Shown here: positions 24,101 to 33,648 of the stretch, piece by piece
Position numbering within the stretch: the first letter of the stretch is position 1
How the letters are laid out: every line of letters starts with the position of its first letter
Notes under the pieces: model-generated
Told to the model about the DNA's origin: nothing
What the model saw: only the letters and a program-made list of their open reading frames with translations
Database searches by the model: none
Translations under genes and position numbers: made by a program
DNA from: Setoptus koraiensis
Taxonomy: Eukaryota > Animalia > Arthropoda
DNA length: 64,000 bases
Direction: 5' to 3'
Assembly: GCA_048013815.1 (NCBI GenBank)
Contig: CM106586.1
Coordinates: forward strand, 23,064,001 to 23,128,000

Positions 24101-27100
24101 TAAGTGAGTGCAAGAGAATATCGACAAGTACAATAGATTGTCGGCTCGATAATATATCGCGTGCGATTGGGGGCTCGCGCGAAATCGGCCCAAATATTCG
24201 GCTAATTGAGATTATTCGCTTGCAATATGACTCGAGATTACGGTTACGACAATGATGGTTGCAATTGATTTTTGGTGCAAACAGCCGCATTTCGATAACA
24301 TCTGATACGATCGATGATCTACCGAATCAGTGCTGCTGATTCAGTAGTACTGATCCGTGCATGTCCGCCCGCGTTCGGTTGCCGGATTCGTCGTCGGCCC
24401 AACGCTATGTCGGCCAGGCGACATGAGCACTCGCTGGCGGAAGTCGGCAATCGGGCTGAGCGGGCACTCGAGCACTCAGCCTGAGTGACTCAGGCGGCCA
24501 ACCGGGCGGCCACTCAGGCGGCCACGGGATGCACACGGAATGGGCACGAAATGGGCACGGAATGAGCACGGAATGGGCACGGTGACACCGGGCGAACCGG
24601 ACCCGTGAGCCGCTCACGGCGAGCGTCGGCCAGTGGTCAAGTGCACTCAGTTGTGGCTCGCGATTATCAGTTTAGCGTGGCCAGCCCGTGCCATTTGGGT
24701 CATCATCGGCTGTCGCTGTTGTTGCTGTTGTTGTTGTTGTTGTTGTCAACTGACGGCCGATGAGCGACGACTTGCAAAGGACGCGGTGAGACGGGCCGGT
24801 CCTGTGTGAGACGAAACGAAACGAGGCGAGATGAGATGAGACGAGACGAAAGCGCAAGACGGACGGGCAAGCGAGAGTGAGAGCGGGGTGCACACAACGT
24901 TGATGTGCAACGTTTCACAATGTCCGGTTGACCAGTCGGCCGTCACACCGCCACCGGCGGCATAAGTTATAACGCAGCCAAAGGTGTAACAACAGAAGCC
25001 AGCGCCAAGACAATACAAACAATGGCGACTCACATTACGTCATTGTTGGCCGTCGTTGTTGTCGAGTTGCCCAATCGACAGCAGCGACACCGACAACAAC
25101 GACAACAGCAACAGCAACAACAACAACAACGACAACAACAACATCTCTTTAATAGTTTTCTCACATTGTTGTCGCTGCTGTTGGTGTTGTCGAGTAGCAA
25201 ATGGCCAACAACAACCGGCAACAACCAGCAACATCCACTGATATTGCCGGTCACTGCAAGCCGCTTGCCGACGTCACTCCCGTTTAATGGGGGCGCTTAA
25301 CAGTGAAAACAACAACAAGTGGACAGCGGAACACGGCAGCGGCAGCAACAACAACAACAACAACAACAGCAACAACAACAACAACGGCGGCAACAGCGAC
25401 AGGTAAACAAACTTGTTAGCTTGTAACAAGCCACTGGCGTGCCTTTCGAGAGCTGCCCAATTTGTTGCGGCCGGCGCTGGCTTCTGGCGAGCTTGTTGCC
25501 GGCAGCTTCGTGGCCAGCAAACAGCCAGCGCTCGGCGAATATCCGCGCGGCCGTTCAGCATGGAGACATCAAATAAAATCGAATGGCTCCGCTCGAGAAT
25601 GCCCTTTCAAAACTTTATTTTGCGTACTTTGCGTATCTTGCGCATTTCGCGCATTTTGCCGAGAAACTCGCCAATTGCCCAGAGCGAACGCAAGCCTTGT
25701 GTCACAAGGGCTCTTTATGGGCCGACTTTGCGAGCACTCGCCGAACGCTCGCCGAACGCTCGCCAGAGATTCGCTGGCTTCGCTGGCTTCGAGCGTCCGA
25801 GTTGGAAGCTCGACGATAATTCCTGTTGCTGGCCGGCGCCAGCAAGCGCAAGTGGCCGCCACTGGCGAGTGGCCGCTGCCGGTGAGCTGCCGGCGAGACT
25901 TTTCTCGGAAACTTCTCGCCAGCTCGCCAGCTCGCCGTCTGCGAACGGTGCCTCTCGAGGGCCGCTCGATCCATCATCGCGAATTGCGATCCGGAGATGC
26001 GGCGATCACCGGCCTGCCGTGACTTATTCTCCGGCCCGAACAAGCGCGGATAAATGGCGCCACAATGTGCAGTCTGTGCCGGCCGGACGGCGCTCGGTCG
26101 GGCATTGTGTGTCAGGGTCTGCGCCGGCTTGCCAGTCGGCCAGATTAGCCCGCTCTGGCCGGCACGCCAATGCCCGAGCGAGCCAATGCCCGAGCGAGCC
26201 AATGCCGGCAAACACTGCGCTGGACCGACGCTCTGTCGGGAGCTCAAGAGGAAGTTGTTGCATTGTGTATACAATCGAGTTATTAGTTATCCATCACTCG
26301 TTTATTCAGCGCTATCGAGCCGCAAACTAGAAATATTATTTTTCTCTTTTGCTGCCTTTTCTCTGTTGCTGGTGCCGTGGCGGCCATTGCCGGATTCCTC
26401 TCTCTGCCGGCTTCTCTGCTGGCTTCTCTGCCGGCTTCTCTGCCGGCTTCTCTGCCGGCTTCTCTCTGTTGGCTTCTCTCGCTCGCTAACGGTCTCGTAT
26501 TGGCGTTATTGCGCGCCAAAAACTCTGAGCCGAGCGTCGAGCGTCGATTGAAGCGACCGGCAGCGGCTCACACTGTAACGGTTGCAGTGCAACGGTTAGC
26601 GTGTAACGGGCAAGCGACAAGCGGCAAGACGGGCGACGGGACAGACGGGCGAGCGGCAAGACGGGCGAGCGGAGAGAAGAGAGACGGGCGAGCGCAGAAA
26701 GCAGAAAGGAGAAAGGAGAGACGATGCAAAGAGAGAGGAGATGCAAAGCGAAGATGTAGTGGAGTGATAAAACAATAACAACGCCAGCACAACCAGCCAA
26801 GAGCAAACAATGGCGAGCTTGGCGCTGCCGACGATCGGCTAGACAAAACCGAGATTTCAACTCATTTGCATGAAGTTGTCAATGATTTATGAATAATTTG
26901 CGCTGCCCTTAGACCATGACACACTTTACACCGTTGGCGTGCCTGTCGCTTGTCAGCCGACAACGACAACAACGACAGCGACAGCGACGACGACGCCAAC
27001 AACAACAACGACGCCAACAACAACAACGACGGCAACAACAACAACGACGGCGGACACTTCGCTTCCACACTCCATCGGCCGTCTCACAACAGACACCGAC

Positions 27101-30100
27101 GGCAACAACAACAACGGCAACAACAACAACGGCAACAACCACGACGCCAGCACTAATGGCCATTGTTTTAATTTGCCAATCGGCAACAGTGGCCAATCGG
27201 CATATTTCCTGTGCCGGTTGTGGCGGCTGAGACGGGCCTGAGACGAGCTTGCGACGAGCCTGAGACGAGCCTGAGACGAGCTCGAGACGAGCGGAACGCT
27301 CATCATTTGGGTGACCCTGATCCGCTGACACAACAGTGGGCCATCAGTCAGTTTGGGCGCATCGGCCGGCCGGCCCGCGGTTCCGTCTGAGATTCCGTGC
27401 TCAACTCGCCAGAGATTTCAGAGATTCCGCGCCCGGCTCGCCAGAGATTTCAGATAACAATAAATAAGCAACAAATAATATCGCACAGGTAATATCACAC
27501 AGGTAATATAGCCAGTGATGCACTGGCCATTCGTGCCAATTGGCACGGATTCGTTGCCGGCTGGCTGGACTGTTGAGCGTGCCGAGGGTGCCATTAGCGA
27601 GCCGCTGAGCCAACATGCCAGCGTAACCTCGACAGAGAGAGATAAATCAAAGTTAATCAACGACGGCGACTTAATTAAGCGCAAGCCGAATCAATCAAGC
27701 TAATCTGCTTGATTAAGTTCTTTCTCGATTATACTGTCTGGCTAATAACAATTATTGTTTGTCTTGTGTTGTGTGGCTTTCATTTGTGTCAAGCTGTTGT
27801 TGTCAGAGTTTTCAGTGTGTCGCACAACAAGCGACTATTGGCAATTATTTACCCATTAATCATTTGAGATTCGTCGCCGTGGCAATGGAAATTGCAACTG
27901 GCAACAGACTTGTTTTGTTTTATTATCGCAACCGCAATAACAGCCAGCCAGGTAACAAACAAATAACAACACAATGAATGAACGAGCGTCTTGTTATTTG
28001 TGTCAGCTGACACGCTTGTGACATGGGTGCAACAGTCGTCTAGTGGCCCGACGACAATTATGATGAGCCCATGGAAGCTATTTGCCCGTTTCCAATCATC
28101 CGCGGCGATTATCCGGCGGCGTAAATGTCGCCAGCATCGGCTCGGCGCGCCGGCAAGCGTCGCAACGCGTCGCGACGCGTCGGAAACCCTCGGAAACCGT
28201 CGGAAAACGCCGCAAACCGTCGGAAAACGCCGGAAAATGTCGGAAAACGCCGGAAAATGTCGGAAGGGATCGGGCCATGTGCGAAAAATGCGAAAAATGT
28301 GGAAAAAGCGTCGGAGAAGCGCTGCAAATTGGGCGACCGGCGCGCCTCGATGCTGGCAAAGTCAGGCGAAATTCAAATATTTATTTATTATTTGATACGT
28401 CGGATCATTACTGGCTGTGCGAGACGGTGTGCGCAACATTGTGTGCATACATAATGTGTATACGAGTGAGCCAAAGTTCACCTCAACTGGCTCGAGCCGG
28501 TCGCTAGTTAATTGCCGATGTCACAAGGCAGCCGACGCCAGCTAATGAGATTATTTATCGTACTTTGTTAATAAGGCAACATGAGCAGTCAATTTATGAC
28601 CAGATATTAATTAATAATATCTGCTGCTCGCAGTCTGTGACAGCACTCTGCCATCATTACTCTGCGATCATGACTGTACGACAGTGTCATACAGTCACTG
28701 TCGACAATGGCATCCTCGTTTCATTCATTTGGGCTCGTTGCAACAACAAGTGTGCTCAAGTTTGTTCGAGACACAACGAGCGAAAGTCTGTTTTTATTTT
28801 TATATTTGTTTGCATTTGCATTCATGTCGCTGCACACAGTGACACTGCTTTTATATATGCAACTGCTAATTATATATTGAAAGCCGCACCAAAGTCGGCG
28901 ATATCAACGATTGAATTCATTCAACAGCAACAGCAACAACGACAGCAGCAGCAGCAACAACAACCGGTAAATCACCGCCTCAATGTCGCGCAATTTATAG
29001 TCTGGCGTTTATTACAATTTCACAATTTAAATTTACATTATGCCACCAGCTCACAGTAGTGAGACTCACTCACTGACACTGGCGAAAAAACCCAAATACG
29101 CACGCAATTGTCACGTTGGTTGCTGTCACAACTGGGCTGGCTGAACGAGCTGGCCGCTCGTTATGCGCGATTTGGATAATCCAAATTGATTGCCCAAATC
29201 AGGCACTCGCACTGATTGACTCGCAACTTGATTGTCGATGGCGCACAATCACTGCCACACAATCGCTGCCACACAATCGCAAGCCAGTGATGAATGGCTG
29301 AATCTGTCCAATTGTCGCGAGCTGTCTGCCGCGCTCGCCTAATCAATTAATCATCGTCATCATCTCTTTACATCATCATCGATTTTGCCTGATTCCGCCT
29401 GATTTTTATTTGACAAGTTTCGACATTTCGACATTCGCCCATCGCGCAAATCTTACGCAATGCGTCTGTTAGATGTCGCAACGCCATCATGATGGCAACA
29501 GCAAATTCACGCTCGTCGACCTCCGGGCCCCAGAGTCTGGGGCCAAAGGGGGCCAAACGCGCGCGTTTAAATGACGCTGGACGCGATCCAAGTCGAGCGT
29601 GGCAACTCCGCGTGTGAATATTATATTCACACGCGGATACTGCCGCATTTAGTCGTAATAATCGTGCGCGGATAATCCATGCATGATGACGACATACAGG
29701 CTCGTTGATCACAGTCGGCGATATATTACAACTGCTATATTATAACTGCAGATGTGTGGGCAGCAATTGCCACAATTGCTATAATTGCTCGATATAATTA
29801 TTTCATCACAATCACAATCACTATTAATCAATCAACTAGAATTATTGTTCGAATTATACGCCAGCGCGTCGACTTACCCTTGGACCAAGAGTTGAAAATG
29901 ACATAGAGGGCCTCTTTTATGGAATATGTCTTGATTGAGCGCGATCCGGCCAATTTTGTCGAGATCTTGAAGCGCCAAATACCAATAGCGATATTGGCTG
30001 GTATGTTGATCTGTATAGTGAGAACGTTGCCGTCTGCCCTGAGAACCTTGGCGTCCCATTTGGTGCTGTCGCGTGTGTAGTCTCGATCGTTTGTTATGGG

Positions 30101-31005
30101 CAAATAAATAAGCGTGCCTTTGCCTACTTGGGGTCTGGGGCCTGATTGGGGCCACGACGCGGACGGATAAACGGTAAACGAATAGAGGGATAAACGGATA
30201 ACGGTGATTAGTGACGAGAAGAGCGCGCGGATGCCGTGCGAACGAGGATATTTCAATAACATGTTTGAATAATATATTCAAATAATATATTCTAGTTAAT
30301 TGTCAAGTGTGTAAACTCACCGAAACTGAATTCGAGCCGAATCTTGTCGGTGTTTCGCTGGTAGTTATTTCTTAGATGGATGACCACGGTCATAGGATCG
30401 CCGCGACGCAACACTAGGGCAGGTCCAGTAGGATTGAGCGGATTCACTCTATCAATCATTTCGTACAATTGCGTATGATGAGCTTGTGAATTGTCCCTAA
30501 TACGCATATCCACATGGACAACCTCGTTAGTTTCTATATTTGCCACAATGGAAGAGTCTAGCGCCGATGCCGAGGCCGCATATCTGGTGGGATTTGCGGC
30601 GCCTTGCGCGTTGGCGGGATATTCCTTGCGGAGCCTCGGATAGCGAGGATATTGATAGGGCACGCGGTAGGCATCCGCTTGTAAGAATAAATTGCCAAAA
30701 TTGAATTTGAATCTACTATCTTGTTGTATGTGATTATCGTTATTATTATTGTGATTATTATTATTGTCTGTGCGATCTAAATGATCTGAATGATCTAAAT
30801 GATCTAAATGATCTATGTGGTTGTTGTGATTATTGTGATGGCTATGATGGCTATAATGGCGATGATTAGTGATGATGTGATGGTGATTATGACGCTGATG
30901 ATTAGTATTTCTGTGTTGTGAGTTGAATATAGTCGCTAGTATCACTATTAGTATGGAGGTCTTGAGGAGCACCGCTTCCAAGAGCAGCGCATTCACTTTG
31001 GTCAT
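7003..31005 (-). CDS. Tg: Protein-glutamine gamma-glutamyltransferase (transglutaminase), 3'-partial spliced gene: join(31005-30321, 30141-29878, 23825-23707, 8129-7745, 7315-7003); remaining exons not found in 1-7002
   Basis: Translated exons give the N-terminal beta-sandwich (LVLRRGDP..., GPRPQVGKGT, GIWRF, YVIFNSW) and the catalytic core with FGQCWVFAG (Cys), WNFHVW (His) and WQAVDATPQE (Asp). All four introns are GT-AG with consistent phases (1,1,0,1). Exon 5 ends at CA|GTAAGT. Confidence 0.95.
7745..8129 (-). CDS. Tg: Transglutaminase exon 4 (catalytic Cys)
   Basis: CGCGCAG|TTC CAC GAG; encodes FHEAVL...GNWSG...PWQWTGS...VKFGQCWVFAGV...RTVSNFVSAHD; GAA A|GTAAGT donor; 385 nt. Confidence 0.96.
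9043..9185. repeat. Minisatellite, 13-bp unit GGTTGTTG(C/T)TGTC x11
   Basis: Units read directly in exact 13-bp register. Confidence 0.95.
10089..10207. repeat. Minisatellite, 18-bp unit A(C/T)AG(T/C)GATACTGTCGTGA, about 6.5 copies
   Basis: Units read directly in 18-bp register. Confidence 0.92.
11218..11397. repeat. CAA/CAG low-complexity tract containing a pure (CAACAG)n hexamer run of about 15 units
   Basis: Uninterrupted CAACAG from about 11236 to 11329, flanked by CAA repeats. Confidence 0.95.
12134..12182. repeat. (CA)n microsatellite, about 24 units
   Basis: Direct reading. Confidence 0.97.
14087..14797 (+). CDS. NALF1: NALF/Mid1-like exon 1
   Basis: ATG 14087, 237 codons, ends TGC AAG|GTGAGC. 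Confidence 0.88.
14087..18957 (+). CDS. NALF1: NALCN channel auxiliary factor (NALF/FAM155; Drosophila Mid1, C. elegans NLF-1 family): join(14087-14797, 17583-17748, 17948-18957), 628 aa; C-terminal end uncertain
   Basis: Signal-peptide-like start MRLALPLLAAVVHFVAIWA. The spliced product reads YNCQNGYSVKWTCQDCK|KAYKDWLCAINLP...KPCISFCERVEQRCPYLHP...YGGQPVFICR|DPNIP...RCY, matching the FAM155 Cys-rich domain pattern (YSVK..C.DCK..YK.WLC...PC..YC..V..RCP....YGG..SFIC). Donors AAG|GTGAG and G|GTGAGT; phases 0 and 1 are consistent. Confidence 0.88.
17583..17748 (+). CDS. NALF1: NALF/Mid1-like exon 2 (core of the Cys-rich domain)
   Basis: ACTAAC branch-like motif at 17554, GCAG|AAG GCC TAC AAG GAT TGG; ends CGA G|GTGAGT. 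Confidence 0.9.
17948..18957 (+). CDS. NALF1: NALF/Mid1-like exon 3 (end of Cys-rich domain, then a long Ser/Thr/Gln/His-rich tail)
   Basis: ACGACAG|AC CCA AAC restores the frame (G+AC = Asp); the open frame runs to TGA at 18957. Internal donor-like sites exist, so the true end may differ. Confidence 0.7.
19524..19592. repeat. Tandem repeat, 16-bp unit CAAACTTTCGGTTGG(A/G), about 4 copies
   Basis: Direct reading. Confidence 0.9.
21819..21908. repeat. Tandem repeat, 15-bp unit GTATTCACGGACAGC consensus x6
   Basis: Direct reading in 15-bp register. Confidence 0.85.
23707..23825 (-). CDS. Tg: Transglutaminase exon 3
   Basis: GAACAG|AC GAC GCC; encodes DDAVYLSSEDARKEYVLNDVGKIYIGSHSKPRGRKWIYGQ, a typical transglutaminase segment; CAG|GTGAGT donor; 119 nt. 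Confidence 0.93.
28151..28265. repeat. Tandem repeat, 10-bp unit CGGAAAAYGY consensus, about 11 copies
   Basis: Units align exactly with the 10-base blocks from 28151 to 28260. Confidence 0.9.
29878..30141 (-). CDS. Tg: Transglutaminase exon 2
   Basis: CAATCAG|GC CCC AGA acceptor; encodes GPRPQVGKGT...GIWRFKI...YVIFNSWSK; AAG G|GTAAGT donor; 264 nt, phase 1 to 1. Confidence 0.93.
30321..31005 (-). CDS. Tg: Transglutaminase exon 1 (hydrophobic N-terminus, His/Asn-rich tract, start of beta-sandwich); the 5' end is uncertain
   Basis: ATG at 31005 in context AAAAGCCATG; open frame to TTC G|GTGAGT donor at 30321/30320. An alternative phase-1 acceptor (TTCTTACAAG|CG) would start the exon at 30677. 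Confidence 0.75.
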
Positions 31006-31866
31006 GGCTTTTCGATTGAATTGATTGATACAACTAATTGATAATTTTAATAATTAGCTGATAGTGTGCTGATTAGTGGCATGCACACTTGTTAACGCGC
31101 TTGATTGGTTTGCGATTGGATGTGTATATTTGTCGGATATTTGGATTGTGTTGGGTTGCGTTTGGGGTGTGTGATCGGGTGAGCTTGTTGGCTTTTTGGC
31201 ATTGATTGGGGCCGCTGTTGATCGCAAACGCTCAACTGTAAATTGATCGCTGGTGCCCGATCGCTTGGAGCGCACTTGTTGCTACTCTGCTGGCTTCACA
31301 CGGCGGGCCTCTCTGACACTGGCGAGCCCACTTGACACTGGCGGCCCAATGGAAACAGGACGGCCGACGGGTGGCTTCGAACGGCTTCGAATGGCTTCGA
31401 AACTGGCGATTCGCAATTCGCGAGGCAATCGGATTGAGTGGCGGGATTTGCGCAAACTCGATCAACTCGGGCAAACTCGATTGTGGGCTCAATTGATTCG
31501 GCTCAATCAGTATGTGTGTCAACTCAATAGTTGGGGACAGTAGCGACACAATCGATGGCTTCGGGGGCCTCGCTGCTGGCTCGCAAAGGGGCTCCAGGTG
31601 AGATGGCTAGTCTAATAGGAGGTAGCTGCTGGGTCGTTGTTGTGCACCAACGACAACCACACGGGCAAATAAAGTGTGCTGCTGCTGTTGCGGGCTTGCT
31701 GTTAAACTGTTGCCTACTAGGTGCTACTAGTTGTTGTGCGCTCTCTTTACCTGTGCGCGAGAATTAATATCTTATAACTAATTCTAATTCACCTGTAAAT
31801 TCACCTGTAATGTGTAACCAAGCGCACACACACACACACACACAGACACAGTTTGTTTGCGAGCTA

Positions 31867-31872
<6 letters not shown>

Positions 31873-31914
<42 letters not shown>
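31873..31914. repeat. (GT)n microsatellite, about 21 units
   Basis: Direct reading. Confidence 0.97.
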
Positions 31915-31916
<2 letters not shown>

Positions 31917-33578
31917 ATGTTTGGTGTGTTACTAGAGAACGAGTGTGCGCAAAATGTTGATCTTGAACTCTAACTATAACTTCTTCTTTTTCTTTTTCTT
32001 CTACTTCTTCTTTTTCTTCTACTTCTGCTGCTTCTTCTGCTTCTTTATCTCTCTTCTTTTATGCTTGTGTGATATTCTTTACGCTGATTCTGTTGCGTTT
32101 CGTGGAGCGAGCTGGCGCTGTTGTTGTTGTTGCTGTTGCTGTGGTTACAAATGCTGCTTTTGGTCGCTTGCTTGATTGTTGCTGTTGTTGCTGTTGCTGA
32201 TCAAAATTCATTTTCAATTCATTTATTTATTCCTGATGATGATCATCATCATCAGATCATCACGATGATTGTCTGTGTGTCATCATCACCATGAGCAGAA
32301 TCATGATGACGATGATGACACATACAGGTAGTCAATTACAAACATAGATACACACACACACATATACAGGCAAGCAAGGCGGCGGGTTGGTCACATTCGT
32401 AGCAGTGTAGTAAGCAGCAATCTAAATGAAGAATCGCTCATAATAGCAACAAGTTGTTGTTGTTGTTGTCGTTGTTGTCGATGCTGTCGTTGTTGTCGGT
32501 GACTTGATTTAACTACTAACTATCTTACCTATTTAGCTTAACAGGTAGCGAGCGAACAGGCGAGACGATTGTTTGTCTCATTGAGTCTATTAGTGCTATC
32601 GATATTGCAGTGTTGTTGTTGCTGTTGTTGTTGCTGTAAAACAGTAGTATACAGTTATTTTATCAAGTTCGATCGATCTGTCTGTCTCGCGCGCTATTTC
32701 TTATTAATTAGATAGTTTATCTCGTGTAGACAACGCACACACACACACACACACGCACACTCACACGTAGGCACGCACACACACACACACACACTCACCT
32801 GTAGGCACCTGTTCGAACGAGTGATCGGCGAACTCAATTCAATTCGATGGTACAAACAGACGGATAAAAGAACGCGAACGAAAGTGCAAAGAGCGAGAGT
32901 AAGAGAATAATAGATGCTAATTGTCGCCTTAATCTTTTTAGTCGGCGTATACACACCGTTTACGCGCACACACACACGCACGCACACACACACACACTGT
33001 TCGACACACAAAGAAGCGACTCGGCTTCTCAAGACAGCGCACAGGTGACACACACACTCAACTGATGGGTTGAGTCAATTGTTGCATAGAGAGTCTCAGC
33101 ATATTTTACCTGCATTGCGTGCAACTCAATATCGCCCACTCACCTGGCCAACACACACACTCAGCATTTACAGGTGGCACAGGTGAGCAGGACAGGTGAG
33201 CACGCCCTCCCGTTAAGTAAAGGCCACTAAGGAGCACGAGTCAGACTCCACCTACGATTCAACTCTCGCTCGCTGTCTGCTTTCCTTCTTTTTTGCTCTC
33301 TTCGCTTTCTTTGCTTTCTTCGCCTTTGTCGTTGTTGGCTCGTCAGTTTGATTGGTCGCGTTCGACGGTTTGCGTGCGACATTAATCGATCGATTCAAAG
33401 CGATTCTATCGGCGATAATTAGAAATTAAATCATTAATCGAATATTCAAATCGTGTGCAGCGCTTGTTACGCAACACTTTGCTTTTGGCTGCGGGCGTTC
33501 GGCCACAATCGGCACCTCGGTGCGGCCTCACGACAACGTGTCACTGTTGTCTCTCTGGACACGTCGGGCCGGCGCGGG

Positions 33579-33648
33579 TATTCTCTCGTGAATATTCTCT
33601 CGTGAGTATTCTTTTGTGAATATTCTCTTATGAATATTCTCTCGTATG
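33579..33648. repeat. Tandem repeat, 14-bp unit RTATTCTCTCGTGA x5
   Basis: Direct reading in 14-bp register. Confidence 0.88.

Noticed and set aside
25413-26551. 305-aa and overlapping ORFs inside transglutaminase intron 2
   Set aside because: Non-ATG starts, repeat-derived, no domain signature or codon bias.
32597-32604. DRE motif TATCGATA
   Set aside because: One 8-bp palindrome per 64 kb is about chance expectation, and it is not next to an identified start site.
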